The notes: generated from the sequence alone by a model not told the origin. A stretch of 55,368 nt of DNA from a virus (IMGVR_UViG_3300047294_000129:1-55368), one strand, 5' to 3'; counted from the stretch's first letter, positions 9,436-19,295 are shown. Translations and numbers: made by a program.

Positions 9436-9845
9436 TAGGCGCTCCTTGCACTTGATGTGCTCACAGCAACTTCGGCAAATTCATCATCGTCGCCAATAAT
9501 GTCTCCAATCTCCACATCGTAACCAGCATTTTCTAAAAATTTTATAGGTACTGTATGGGTCATATAAGTTGAATAATACTCGTAGCCAGCCAATCGCAAA
9601 GCCTTTGCAAACTCAACAAAATTCTTTCCCTGCAACAGTGGCGGGTCTACAGTAAAAACATACCCAGCGGCAATTTTGTCCACCTTTTTAAAAATAAAAA
9701 TTGTGTTGTTTGAGCGAAGCGATCTCCACTCTTTTGTTTCAGTAATTTTTTTGTAAATGTCCATGTAGACATACAGCCAATCCTCGCCAAACATTTTTGT
9801 TGACTTGGATCTTTTGATAATGTTTTGTACGGTTTCTTGTTTCAT
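9435..9845 (-). CDS. Hypothetical protein (~136 aa)
   Basis: ATG 9845 overlaps the upstream stop (ATGA); its stop overlaps the next start. Confidence 0.7.
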   Translation of the reverse strand: MKQETVQNIIKRSKSTKMFGEDWLYVYMDIYKKITETKEWRSLRSNNTIFIFKKVDKIAAGYVFTVDPPLLQGKNFVEFAKALRLAGYEYYSTYMTHTVPIKFLENAGYDVEIGDIIGDDDEFAEVAVSTSSARSA

Positions 9846-10108
9846 GAACGTGCAGGATTGACCGCCCCCACTAAAACAGTGGCCCAATCAGACCAGTCAT
9901 CAAAAAGATTTGGGTCTGGCACAGCTTCTCGCGCAAACGAATCAATACCTTTCAATCCATTACCCCAAGATTTCCAATCGGTAAATTCATTGGGTATTGT
10001 CAATTGCTGGTCGGCATATAACTCGCACATCAAGCTTGCCCACGACGTAAACGTGTGATATCTCGGGTCATAAACCAGCGGAGGAATATTACTCGTAGCC
10101 ACGTACAT
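9842..10108 (-). CDS. Small Trp-rich tail-associated protein (88 aa)
   Basis: DWKSWG...PDPNLFDDWSDWA pattern; coupled to neighbours after the nozzle-like gene. Confidence 0.75.
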   Translation of the reverse strand: MYVATSNIPPLVYDPRYHTFTSWASLMCELYADQQLTIPNEFTDWKSWGNGLKGIDSFAREAVPDPNLFDDWSDWATVLVGAVNPARS

Positions 10109-12083
10109 CCCCTATGGTTGCGCTGACTAGAACGCGGCCTAGCTGATAATTTCCACCCGCCACGTTTGATGTAAAACGCAAGCGCAATTCGCGCCTTTGT
10201 TCTTTCATGTCAATCTTTGAGGTTGTGGGTGAAAAAACAAATACTGGCGACGTGGCATCTTGACCTTGCGCATATGGCCGTCCAGTTACTACCAACTGCA
10301 TATCACCAGATTGAACAAAGTCAGGCTCAAGTCTTTCAATTCTTAACCATCGATTTAGGCCCATCGTTGAATTTTCATTAGGGCCGCCAGCCACCCATCC
10401 AAGGTCGCCAGTCTCAAAGAAGCTTTCAATGGCGTTGATTTGTGTGTTGGTGACACTGTCAACACCAAACTCGTGCTGCCAAAGGCTCGTAAAAGTCATC
10501 AGCGTATCAACTCTAATGGTCAGTCCGCTGCCAACTGGAAGCGTTGCGCTCAAAGAGTCAAACACCTCGTAATTTATTCCGCGTGAAAATATTGTGATGC
10601 TCGTAACAATTCCGCCAGCAACAACAAAGTTTGCGCTTGCGCCAGTTCCTGATCCGCCAGTCAAAGGAATTGATGGGTAGGTGCCATTTGTGTACAGCGT
10701 GCCACCGTTTGTAATGGTTGCAGTTGATACGCCACCGACGTTAGTTGGCTCATGCCCTGCGTTAACTGGGTAATGAAAAACTTGAGAGAAGTATCCAGCG
10801 CTTCTACGCGCTCCTAATGCTTGACCAGCGTCATACCAAATTCTTTCACGAGTGTTGTAAATAACGGCATCGTTGCATTCGGTTGATTGACCTCGCGGAT
10901 AAAACCACCAAATCTCCCCATACCGAGGAACTTTCATGGCATAAACTTTTTGCCGCTGATCGTAATTTAAATTGTCAAAGAAATAGTTTTGGTTAAATGA
11001 ATTTGGTATCTCCATCACCGTTCCGTTGTACAACAGAAAACGGTCACTTCCGCACCAGTAGTACACGCCGTCATATTCAATCACAGACTGAGAAGACATG
11101 ATGGATGACTGCGAAGAGATTACGTCATAGCGCCAATAAAAGGTTGTGCTGGTAGCGCCGCTTGTCGTTATGGTTGGCGTAAAGCTAACCCTGATCAATG
11201 AGTCCAAAGACCAAAACAAACCAGATGGCGCGGCAGAGCCACCTCGCACAGGCAAGCCCTTAACGATTTTTGTGGCCGTAATGTTTACCTCGTTCGCTGT
11301 TGGCGACACCCAGTCATTTAAATTTGCAGGCCCAGAATTTTTTATCAAGCCGTAATTTCCATATGTAAACAGATACGGGTAAAGCATGACTGCGCCACCT
11401 GATACTGATACGTTGTTGTCTACGGTAATGGTTACAGTTGCCGAAGTTGTGGCGGCGTTTGAAATGACGAACGTAGTTGCATTCGTGATTGCTGTCACAG
11501 TCGTATTTGCTGGGATGTTTGAACCAGTTATTGTTTGACCAAGACCAATCAAGGTCGTGGAGGCCACAGTAATCGTTGTGGTGGCGTTTGTGGTGGCGGA
11601 CAACGTAAATACGCCAACGGGGGAAACGCTGCTGCCAGCCGCTGGGCCAAACAAAACTCTTGTGTTGACGGTGCTGTCAATGTTGTTTAAATTTTGACCT
11701 GCATGAGCAATCAGGTTTTCGTTGCCAGTTCCATCCGCATCAAAGGTTGCATCAAATTGCCATAAGTTGTTTGCATTTGACGTAAAGCCAGACAACGTGA
11801 AATCCACAACGCCAGATCCAATGCCTTGCTGGTCAATGGTGATTGATTGCAAACCATCAGCGTATCCGCTGTAGATTGTGTTGAAACCGTTGTTTGGCTC
11901 AACAAACAAGCCGCGTGAGGGGCCAGCCAAGTCGGCGGTTATTTGACGATAACCACCTATCTTGCGAGGGCGACCACGCTGGAATCTAACCCATGCCCCG
12001 TTGACATAAAACTCATGGTCAAAGATTGTTCCGTCTCTTTGTATGCCAGCTTTTGTGTCTAACGAAAATATTTTGTCGGTCAT
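10089..12083 (-). CDS. Tail nozzle / DNA-stabilisation-like protein (664 aa)
   Basis: WVRFQRGRPRKIGG N-terminus; propeller-like YYWCG, EIWWFYP and IYN-WY motifs; position. Confidence 0.65.
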   Translation of the reverse strand: MTDKIFSLDTKAGIQRDGTIFDHEFYVNGAWVRFQRGRPRKIGGYRQITADLAGPSRGLFVEPNNGFNTIYSGYADGLQSITIDQQGIGSGVVDFTLSGFTSNANNLWQFDATFDADGTGNENLIAHAGQNLNNIDSTVNTRVLFGPAAGSSVSPVGVFTLSATTNATTTITVASTTLIGLGQTITGSNIPANTTVTAITNATTFVISNAATTSATVTITVDNNVSVSGGAVMLYPYLFTYGNYGLIKNSGPANLNDWVSPTANEVNITATKIVKGLPVRGGSAAPSGLFWSLDSLIRVSFTPTITTSGATSTTFYWRYDVISSQSSIMSSQSVIEYDGVYYWCGSDRFLLYNGTVMEIPNSFNQNYFFDNLNYDQRQKVYAMKVPRYGEIWWFYPRGQSTECNDAVIYNTRERIWYDAGQALGARRSAGYFSQVFHYPVNAGHEPTNVGGVSTATITNGGTLYTNGTYPSIPLTGGSGTGASANFVVAGGIVTSITIFSRGINYEVFDSLSATLPVGSGLTIRVDTLMTFTSLWQHEFGVDSVTNTQINAIESFFETGDLGWVAGGPNENSTMGLNRWLRIERLEPDFVQSGDMQLVVTGRPYAQGQDATSPVFVFSPTTSKIDMKEQRRELRLRFTSNVAGGNYQLGRVLVSATIGDVRGYE

Positions 12084-13318
12084 TAGAAAGACCCGCCAGA
12101 TACGCCGCCTGTGAAATTGCCCGTACCCGCAACTTCAAATCCAGTTGCGGTGACGGTGGTTCTTTTTGTTCCCAAAATGGAGATGGCAAACTCGCCCGGG
12201 CCCGAGCGGAAGATACCCGTGTTTGTCTCAGACGCAAAAAACGCGGCTGGGTTCGAGGCAGATCCATCGATGAACGATACTGCCGTACCCACAATCGTTG
12301 TGGTGTTGGCATTTAAAAAGTTCGTTCCGTCACACACTACCGTCGCTTGCGTTCCCGCTGGAACCACCACTGTCAATCCAATTGTTGTTCCAACCGTTAC
12401 CGTGTATGCCCCAGAGGTTTGATTGCTAATCACATACAAGTTGACTACTGGCGGAAAATATACAGTTACGTTACCAGTAAGTGTTCCAATAAACGTTTGA
12501 ATCGTATTGGATGCTTCCGAGGCGGTTAGCGTGACCGTTCCTGATGTCAGTGATTTTGTTGTCGCGGTAAAGTTGAACAAGGTGCTAACACCGTATCCCA
12601 CCGTAATAAAACTTGTTCCGTTGCAAATAATGAAAGCAGACTCTGATGGCGCAAACGCTTTTGAGGTTGCTGCGTCCAAAAGTTCACTAGACGTGGTCGT
12701 CATGTTGACAACGCCAGTCCCGTTATTTTTAAACAGGCAAAACCAATTGTTGCCTAAGGTGCTTGCAAGTGGCAGGGTCACCGTGGTTGTGCCGCCTGAT
12801 GAAGGCCACTCTAATACTTGCGCCCTGTCAGCACCGCTGAAGACGTATGAGGCGGTCAAACTTGTGACTGGGTGGCTTTGATTCAGGGTCAGGCCTGAAG
12901 CCAAGAGGCCGTAACCAGCCAGCGTAGCCGCATTGGCGGTGGACGTGCCAGCGCCAAAGGTAAACACGCCCCAAGTGCCGTTTGCCGTTGAGTTGTCGGT
13001 TAGGTAGATGTAGGCCGCGACGCCGGGCAAAATCGTCGTGATCGTGCCCAAATTGGTATTCGTAACCTCCAAATTGACCGCGCCCAAATTTCTAATCAAG
13101 GCATCCGTACCAACGGACGTTTGACTTGCTGGAGGCATCAGCAGCTTGTACGCAAAGTTTGGCGTTTGGATATCCATGATGCGAGCGGCAACATTGGAGG
13201 CATCCGTACCGTTTGCAGGCCACGTCAACTGTAAAGATGCCGCTAGCGTATAGCTGACATAACTTACATCCGTAGGGACTACGACATCCCCTGTAAATGG
13301 TGAAATATATGAAGTCAT
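12083..13318 (-). CDS. Tail fibre / needle-like structural protein (411 aa)
   Basis: Thr/Gly-rich beta-strand content; C-terminal DGSASNPAAFFASETNTGIFR motif. Confidence 0.6.
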   Translation of the reverse strand: MTSYISPFTGDVVVPTDVSYVSYTLAASLQLTWPANGTDASNVAARIMDIQTPNFAYKLLMPPASQTSVGTDALIRNLGAVNLEVTNTNLGTITTILPGVAAYIYLTDNSTANGTWGVFTFGAGTSTANAATLAGYGLLASGLTLNQSHPVTSLTASYVFSGADRAQVLEWPSSGGTTTVTLPLASTLGNNWFCLFKNNGTGVVNMTTTSSELLDAATSKAFAPSESAFIICNGTSFITVGYGVSTLFNFTATTKSLTSGTVTLTASEASNTIQTFIGTLTGNVTVYFPPVVNLYVISNQTSGAYTVTVGTTIGLTVVVPAGTQATVVCDGTNFLNANTTTIVGTAVSFIDGSASNPAAFFASETNTGIFRSGPGEFAISILGTKRTTVTATGFEVAGTGNFTGGVSGGSF

Positions 13319-13950
13319 GAGTCGAGCGCTATTGCTTGTCGGTCACCAACCCGCGATTTGTCTTCTTCCTTCAATGCGGTGATGATTTGCGAATACTGTG
13401 CTTGCCACATTTGTAAACGCTCGTCGTTTTTGAGGAAGGGCATTGCTTGCAACAATGTGCCATACAACATTGCCTGAGGGGCATATTGCGTAAACCAGTT
13501 TGTTTGATTGGTGCTGTCCAGTGGCTGCACGCGCTCGTAATAGCTGACTTCCATTGAGTAAGCCAAATCAGGCGTGGGTGCCACCAACCAATGCGTGTAA
13601 TCGTAATCGCCGTAATATTTTGGTACGTCTGTGTCAGTGGTGGACGGCCAATACTCGCGCAGGAACTCATATTTGCGCAAGAACAAGGGCTGCCGATTGC
13701 CAGCAACCGTCATGTTCATCGAAACCGTTTTGTGCCAGCGAGCGGGTTTTTGAATTATTGATTGACCAGCAACAAGCGTAAAGTTTCCAACGCTCAGATT
13801 TCCAAGGAATTTTAAATCTGCGGCGAGCACTTGCTCGGCCAACATAATAAAAGTCGGAATGTAAGCTATCGTTGTTGCGTCAGTTCGCTCTAAATAAGCT
13901 TCAACGCTGGTGACCAAATTGGCATAAGTCTGCGCCACTGCTGTTGCCAT
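13315..13950 (-). CDS. Head-tail adaptor-like protein (211 aa)
   Basis: TYANLVTSVEAYLER...APTPD...TNWFTQYAPQAMLYGTL pattern typical of podovirus adaptors. Confidence 0.7.
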   Translation of the reverse strand: MATAVAQTYANLVTSVEAYLERTDATTIAYIPTFIMLAEQVLAADLKFLGNLSVGNFTLVAGQSIIQKPARWHKTVSMNMTVAGNRQPLFLRKYEFLREYWPSTTDTDVPKYYGDYDYTHWLVAPTPDLAYSMEVSYYERVQPLDSTNQTNWFTQYAPQAMLYGTLLQAMPFLKNDERLQMWQAQYSQIITALKEEDKSRVGDRQAIALDS

Positions 13951-14010
13951 AACCTGCTGCCTTTCGCTTGTTTGCCCTACACCTGCTTCATTTTAAGTTG
14001 TCTGCCCAGA

Positions 14011-14439
14011 TTACGCAAACGCTCTTGTGCCCGATTTGTCAATAATTAGCGCCATGGAGCGGGGTTCCGCCTCATCGGTGTTGGGGATTGAAACATGCGT
14101 CCATCGGTCGAACTCGCGGATTACTTGGTCGTATGGGAGATTGGCCGCAATAATTGCATTAACCACCTCATTTGGGGTCATCCCAACGACTCGGATATCA
14201 GCCGCGCAGCCACGTCGATGCTGTGACCGCTCGGTCGAACCCACCGCTTGGTTGACCTCCGCACTGCGAAACGCACTATTCACGATCACTGGCTTGCCGC
14301 CCACGGCCTCTTTCACCTGCTCAAGAAACTGGGCCAGACGCACCAAATTAGCCAGTTCGGCATCATTTGGGGAGTTATCGTATTGCCTGTGATCTGTGTG
14401 CGTCAGTTCTTCGAGGGTGAAATTTGGTGACAGGTTCAT
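14011..14439 (-). CDS. Endolysin, peptidase M15A family (142 aa)
   Basis: LSPNFTLEE...SAFRS..VN..VG....SQH..GCAAD...WTHVS zinc-peptidase motifs. Confidence 0.9.
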   Translation of the reverse strand: MNLSPNFTLEELTHTDHRQYDNSPNDAELANLVRLAQFLEQVKEAVGGKPVIVNSAFRSAEVNQAVGSTERSQHRRGCAADIRVVGMTPNEVVNAIIAANLPYDQVIREFDRWTHVSIPNTDEAEPRSMALIIDKSGTRAFA

Positions 14440-14903
14440 TTAAGACTCCTTACTTTTTCGTATTGGTCGATGCAGGTGTTGAGGCTGCGGATGGCTTCGT
14501 CGCCTCGGCTGGTGAGATCGACAAGAGCTTGAGCAATTCTTGGGTCAAGCTCGGCTCTTGTTTCTGTATCTCCGCTGGGAGCGGGGGCATCTGCGGTGGC
14601 TGGTACGGGGCAGTTGGGCGCTTTGACAGGAATGAACAGCTTACGCTCGCCAGAGGCAAGATCAGTACGCAACTTAGTTTCTTTAATCCGTGCAACATCG
14701 TTGGCTTTCCTTAAAGTTTGGGCATAGGTCTGGGCTACCACCGCCATGCGTTGTTCAGTTTCTCGCGCCTCGCTGTTTAAGCGGGCAATCTCCACTTGTT
14801 GACGATCTTGCTCGGCTTGTGACCCCTTCCAGTATCCGCCACCAAAAGCGGAAAACACCGTCAAAGCAATGAAGAGCAGAACGTACGGGTTAAGCAGGCT
14901 CAT
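14436..14903 (-). CDS. Rz-like inner-membrane spanin (155 aa)
   Basis: N-terminal TM, coiled coil, ELDPRIAQALVDLTSRGDEAIRSLNTC C-terminus; adjacent to the endolysin. Confidence 0.8.
   Translation of the reverse strand: MSLLNPYVLLFIALTVFSAFGGGYWKGSQAEQDRQQVEIARLNSEARETEQRMAVVAQTYAQTLRKANDVARIKETKLRTDLASGERKLFIPVKAPNCPVPATADAPAPSGDTETRAELDPRIAQALVDLTSRGDEAIRSLNTCIDQYEKVRSLK
14450..14698 (-). CDS. Rz1-like outer-membrane spanin lipoprotein embedded in Rz (82 aa)
   Basis: Basic N-terminus, hydrophobic stretch, lipobox-like ASVSC, Pro-rich mature part; fully nested in another frame of Rz. Confidence 0.7.
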   Translation of the reverse strand: MLHGLKKLSCVLILPLASVSCSFLSKRPTAPYQPPQMPPLPAEIQKQEPSLTQELLKLLSISPAEATKPSAASTPASTNTKK

Positions 14904-15220
14904 GGTGTTTGCCCGTCGTTATCGTTGGCTTCTGCTTTTGCAATCGCATTTGCCACAGCCCTTACACCAGACCGCCCAGCAACACCACCTAAAACGCCAG
15001 TGATGAAAACCATGATGGTTGAAATTTGCTGCGTGTACACGCGGTCAATCGCCGCCATTTGGCCGTTCATTGGCTGTTGAACAAACGAAACCGAGTAGAG
15101 AAACATGCCCATGGAAGCCAGCAAAATGGTTACCAAAACAACAATAACGAAAGCCCAAACCCTTACCTCAATTTCATCGGCGGTCAAACGGTTTTTTTGT
15201 CTATACACTACGGTTGCCAT
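14900..15220 (-). CDS. Two-TM membrane protein, putative holin (106 aa)
   Basis: Two hydrophobic helices; located in the lysis cassette. Confidence 0.6.
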   Translation of the reverse strand: MATVVYRQKNRLTADEIEVRVWAFVIVVLVTILLASMGMFLYSVSFVQQPMNGQMAAIDRVYTQQISTIMVFITGVLGGVAGRSGVRAVANAIAKAEANDNDGQTP

Positions 15221-15435
15221 TACTTTTTCTCCTCATCGGGTTTTATGAGCATTTCAGGGCAAGTGCCAGTTGCGGTGCAAATTGGCGGTTTGCATTCAGG
15301 AATTTCCCAATTTCTTGGATCTTGGCATGGGTATCTGAAGCGGTCTTCGCACCCCACCAAGCACAGGATTATCAGTGAAAGAATTAGGCTGTTTGCGGTT
15401 TTTTTCACGTTGATCTCTCTCAATTCGTTTTTCAA
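15220..15435 (-). CDS. Small Cys-rich lipoprotein
   Basis: Lipobox LVGC then EDRFRYPCQDPRNW...CKPPICTATGTCP; true start may be the GTG near 15409. Confidence 0.7.
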   Translation of the reverse strand: MKNELREINVKKTANSLILSLIILCLVGCEDRFRYPCQDPRNWEIPECKPPICTATGTCPEMLIKPDEEKK

Positions 15436-15556
15436 TTTTTTCTATTTTCTCCAAAGCTTTTTCGGCTCTGGTGGCAATTGTCAAATTGTCCAACATCATC
15501 ATGCCCACCAAGGGCAGGAGCAAAACCACCAGTACACAAGCCGCCAACCAGCCCAT
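15296..15556 (-). CDS. Single-TM coiled-coil protein overlapping the lipoprotein gene
   Basis: MGWLAACVLVVLLLPLVG...RAEKALEKIEKIEKRIE; start overlaps the upstream stop (TGATG). Confidence 0.55.
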   Translation of the reverse strand: MGWLAACVLVVLLLPLVGMMMLDNLTIATRAEKALEKIEKIEKRIERDQREKNRKQPNSFTDNPVLGGVRRPLQIPMPRSKKLGNS

Positions 15557-16230
15557 CACGCTTTTCCAATCCTGTTTAAGACGGCGAGGAGGAGCCACAA
15601 ATAAAGGAGGAATAGGATAGTCACCATTAGGTACGTTACCTTTTCGTTGTGAAGTCGCTCCTGCTCTTTTCGTAACCATGCATCTTCATCTCGCTTCTTT
15701 CGGGCTTTGTCCTGCTCTACCTTTATCACGTTGCGCATCTCGAGCGTCTTTGACCACATGGCACCCATCTCTGGCGGGGTGTTATAGATCATTGCCTCGC
15801 GAATTTCCGTTTCCAACTGGGCGAGCCTGTCTTTGATTAACACGCGCTGGAGGGCCGACTCCATAACCGAATGGGATGTATCAACTTCTGTTTGTGATTT
15901 TTTTTCTTCGATCCTCAGATGCTCAATCAACTGCTCCTGAATTTTAAAAAAATTTGTCAACTGAACGACGATGTCAGACATCACCGCATGTTCGTCGATC
16001 GCTACATACTTTGTCTTTTTTCTTGTCGCTTGCGCCAGAGGCTTGGCTTTTGATTTTTTTCCAAAGAGCTTTTGCCAGAATGTTGTGACCTCGTTGGCGA
16101 TACCAGCAACTTCTTCATAAGTGGACTTGACTTCCAAGAAAGAAGCTTTGGCCTGCCTGTAAAGCTCGGCACCTTCTTTGATGGCGACGCAGCAGGCATT
16201 TGCTGCGAGCAACAGGCTGAGCGGATCGAT
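15556..16230 (-). CDS. Coiled-coil protein with C-terminal TM (~224 aa); probable ATC start
   Basis: Track ORF 15556..16212 extends in frame to IDPLSLLLAANACC; AGGA lies 7 nt before ATC; in-frame TAG shortly upstream. Confidence 0.7.
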   Translation of the reverse strand: MDPLSLLLAANACCVAIKEGAELYRQAKASFLEVKSTYEEVAGIANEVTTFWQKLFGKKSKAKPLAQATRKKTKYVAIDEHAVMSDIVVQLTNFFKIQEQLIEHLRIEEKKSQTEVDTSHSVMESALQRVLIKDRLAQLETEIREAMIYNTPPEMGAMWSKTLEMRNVIKVEQDKARKKRDEDAWLRKEQERLHNEKVTYLMVTILFLLYLWLLLAVLNRIGKA

Positions 16231-16231
16231 C

Positions 16232-16426
16232 TCATAATCCTAAAAGATTTTTGACGAAATCGGCAGCCACACCCGGGCCAAACAGCACGCAAATCATCAA
16301 CGCGTACAACAGGTACTCGATCTTCGTCATGCGCTTATCACCCTCCGCTAGCGACTTTTGGATAGCCTCATAACGGGTTGCGCACACAGCCTCGTGGACT
16401 GCAAAATCTTTTTCAAGTTGCTCCAT
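16232..16426 (-). CDS. Small membrane protein (64 aa), hemolysin/holin-like
   Basis: HEAVCATRY...MTKIEYLLYALMICVLFGPG: short coiled coil plus TM. Confidence 0.7.
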   Translation of the reverse strand: MEQLEKDFAVHEAVCATRYEAIQKSLAEGDKRMTKIEYLLYALMICVLFGPGVAADFVKNLLGL

Positions 16427-16586
16427 CGCCGCCTTCGCTTTCTTCCACCTTGGGAACAAGGCTCGCTCTGTACTCGCTTTGAATTTTTTCAATAAGCTGA
16501 AAAACCTCTTCGTACGGACGCTTGCTTAAATAAGCCACGACTTGGTTTGTTAGCTCTAGGCTCAGTGTTACTTTTGCTTCGTTCAT
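16413..16586 (-). CDS. Small hypothetical protein (57 aa), not in the ORF track
   Basis: MNEAKVTLSLELTNQVVAYLSKRPYEEVFQLIEKIQ...; fills the gap after the chaperone gene; GGAG upstream. Confidence 0.75.
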   Translation of the reverse strand: MNEAKVTLSLELTNQVVAYLSKRPYEEVFQLIEKIQSEYRASLVPKVEESEGGDGAT

Positions 16587-16589
16587 TTA

Positions 16590-17048
16590 TCACTCCGTTA
16601 CGTTAGTGGGTTTTGTCGGCCATACGATTGAACTTGTGTTTCTTGCGTCCGTGACGTTTTTTGTTATGTCTCTTAGAGCTTGTCGGTATTCCAGCCAAAC
16701 CGATTTAATTTCTGCTGGAACGTCTTCCAATTGCGTCCAGTCGCATTCTTTCAGAAGCAAGGTTCTGTGAAATCGAACATTTTGCATCGACGAAGATTTT
16801 TGCGCTTCAATTTCTTCGCTTGTCAAAGGCTTGGCTTTAACAATGTAAACATACTCACCTTCTTCATAAGGCTCGCACTGTTCAAGCACCTCAGTCAACG
16901 GATCATGTGTTTTATGCGAATAGCAAAATTTTGCATTGTTTTCAGTTAAAAACTCTTGATTTGGCCCGCTTTCAGGAAACCCTGTTGTTGGAAACAACTC
17001 ATGCGGAAAACCCACAACTATGGGAGTAGACAAAATTGCAATTTTCAT
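16590..17048 (-). CDS. Tail fibre assembly chaperone-like protein (152 aa)
   Basis: RTLLLKECDWTQLEDVP...WLEYRQALRDIT...WPTKP motif. Confidence 0.85.
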   Translation of the reverse strand: MKIAILSTPIVVGFPHELFPTTGFPESGPNQEFLTENNAKFCYSHKTHDPLTEVLEQCEPYEEGEYVYIVKAKPLTSEEIEAQKSSSMQNVRFHRTLLLKECDWTQLEDVPAEIKSVWLEYRQALRDITKNVTDARNTSSIVWPTKPTNVTE

Positions 17049-17059
17049 TTGTTTTCCTC

Positions 17060-19294
17060 TTAACTATCTGGAAACGCCGCCGTTGGAGGCGTAAAGTTAG
17101 CTGTGTAAACTGGGTATCTAGAAATTCTAAATTCGTCTATATACCCGCTCAAAAGCTTAGTGGTGTTTTCATAGCCACCTAACGTCAAATACGATGCGGT
17201 GTAATCAGTGTTGTCTGTAGCGGTAAGCGCTGCGTCTTGTATTCCGTTGATATAAACTCGAATAGTTCCAGTCAAGGAAAACGGCGAGTTAACCTGCACG
17301 GTTGTTCTAACCACCGCAACGTGGTTCCATGTGTCGTACGGCAATAAGCTTGCTGTGCCTAGCGCGGAACTCGCTGTCCCATAAAAGAGCTTTGCGTTGT
17401 TTGAGCTACCAATGCCAAGCGCAACGCCGCCAACTCCACCAAAACCGCCAGAGGTAGTATTTATTTGGAAAAACCCTCTATCGGCAATGGATGAAGCTAT
17501 CCAGACAAAACACTCGATTGTAAAAGAGCCGCGCCCAAACGTAATATTTCCACCGAAGGATGAATCTAAATAGTAATTAGTAAAATATTCATTTGTTCCT
17601 GCATTAACTTTAAAAGACGATGTGCCGTATTTCACTTGCGTTGTAGAGTCATATGGTGGAAACGTAGCGCCAACTAAATTGGCTTTTCCCGTTTGGTCTA
17701 TCATGCCGCCGCCTTGATTCAATAGCAACTTGCAGTTAGCAGAAGGCGTGTTGGTGTTTGGGCTAGTGGGCAGCGAAAAAGTTCCGTTGTAAGACCCTAC
17801 CCCTTTCAGGACTCGAAGGCTAGCCATCCTAGCTCCAAGGCTTTTTGGGTTACCAATTAAAAGCTGGGCTGAACTTCCTGTGTTGTAATTTGTAGTTAGT
17901 GTGGAGCCGATTTGAGCGCCGTTTATAAAAAAACGCGTTTCCGTGGCCGAAACTCTTGACAAGGCAATATAGCACCACTGTCCAAAAAATTGTGTTGCAT
18001 TATAAGCAGTGTTGGCAAAATATTTTGTGCCGTTTATTTGAACCGTCCAAGCAAAAGAGTTGACAGAATCAGTGTATATGCGGATCTCTTGCGATCCGGG
18101 GGTGGCGCTGATGTTGATAAAATCTATTCCGCGAGTGGCATCCATAATGTATGCCCAAAACTCAATTGTGTAAGCACCGTTGCCCATCCCAAAATCCGCA
18201 GTAGAGGAGATGCTGTACGTTGAGTTCCCTGCGGTTCCTGACGTTCCAGACACGGGCACACTAACAGGCCCTATACTGCCACCAAAAGTGGCGTTGCTCC
18301 ACGGCACAAGCGAAGTTGGTGCGGTGCGCGACGCAAGACCAAATGGGCTTTCAGCAACAATGACTGGGTGTGTTCCAGTCCAATCTGTAGCCAAGCCTGA
18401 TCCGTCCAATGGGCGATATATTATCAAGTCCGAAGTACCAGCAGTTCCTTGGTTAAGGAATGGCCTTACAAAAGCTAAAAATTTACAATCAGTCCCAGTG
18501 ATAGCAGCTATGTTTGTGCCCGCTGATTGCGTAGGTGTTAATGGCGAGGTTGGTACAGTAAAGTTTCCAGTATAAACCGCAACATTAGCCGTCATTCGCA
18601 GGTTGCTAATTAAGCCGTTAAACGGGTCGCCGCTGCCGCTGCCAGCGGTGTTGTTGTCAGTGCAAGCAAGATAAGTAGCGCCGCTTGCTGGCGAAAAGTT
18701 AGTAGACAAAGTGATAACGTTAGCATCTTGAACGCCGTTTAGGTAGCTCCTCATCGTTGTACCAGTTCGGACAAAAGCAACATGGATCCACTCTCCTATT
18801 GGGGGCCTTGAGGCCATGTCGTAAAGCACGGCACCGCTTTGTCCATACAAAACAAAATTTTCTCCGTAAGCTGGATGACCATACCAGCACCCTAAACGGG
18901 TTACACCATTGTTGGCATCTATATTAAAAACAGTGTAGGCTGGACTGACGGCTGCTTTACGCAAAAGACAAAAGAACTCAATCGTAAAGGATCCAGCCCC
19001 CATTTGTATTGTGGTGCAGATCAAGCGGGGGGCAGGGTTGCTTAATCTGCAATCTATAGAGTAGCACGCAGAAAATGGGTTTGATGTGGATGACGGAAAA
19101 GAGTTAAGTGGAGCCGAAATTGTGGCTGACTTTGGCGGAGATGATTGATCACTAAATCCACCAGCTGCTAAGGCTTCAAAATTTCCTTCGTCAAAATGAT
19201 ATAACGCCTCAACAGTTCGCCAAGGCGGGTTTGTTGCAGGTGGGTTTGGAGGGGCCTGTACTCCTTTTGTGCCTTTGATTGCTGAACTGAACAT
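17060..19294 (-). CDS. Receptor-binding protein with three LamG/ConA-like lectin domains (744 aa)
   Basis: Three FTIEF/YTIEF/FTIEC...WxH/YxAxxR...[YF][LI]NG repeats; C-terminal GYIDEFRIS...YTANFTPPTAAF. Confidence 0.85.
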   Translation of the reverse strand: MFSSAIKGTKGVQAPPNPPATNPPWRTVEALYHFDEGNFEALAAGGFSDQSSPPKSATISAPLNSFPSSTSNPFSACYSIDCRLSNPAPRLICTTIQMGAGSFTIEFFCLLRKAAVSPAYTVFNIDANNGVTRLGCWYGHPAYGENFVLYGQSGAVLYDMASRPPIGEWIHVAFVRTGTTMRSYLNGVQDANVITLSTNFSPASGATYLACTDNNTAGSGSGDPFNGLISNLRMTANVAVYTGNFTVPTSPLTPTQSAGTNIAAITGTDCKFLAFVRPFLNQGTAGTSDLIIYRPLDGSGLATDWTGTHPVIVAESPFGLASRTAPTSLVPWSNATFGGSIGPVSVPVSGTSGTAGNSTYSISSTADFGMGNGAYTIEFWAYIMDATRGIDFINISATPGSQEIRIYTDSVNSFAWTVQINGTKYFANTAYNATQFFGQWCYIALSRVSATETRFFINGAQIGSTLTTNYNTGSSAQLLIGNPKSLGARMASLRVLKGVGSYNGTFSLPTSPNTNTPSANCKLLLNQGGGMIDQTGKANLVGATFPPYDSTTQVKYGTSSFKVNAGTNEYFTNYYLDSSFGGNITFGRGSFTIECFVWIASSIADRGFFQINTTSGGFGGVGGVALGIGSSNNAKLFYGTASSALGTASLLPYDTWNHVAVVRTTVQVNSPFSLTGTIRVYINGIQDAALTATDNTDYTASYLTLGGYENTTKLLSGYIDEFRISRYPVYTANFTPPTAAFPDS

Positions 19295-19295
19295 A

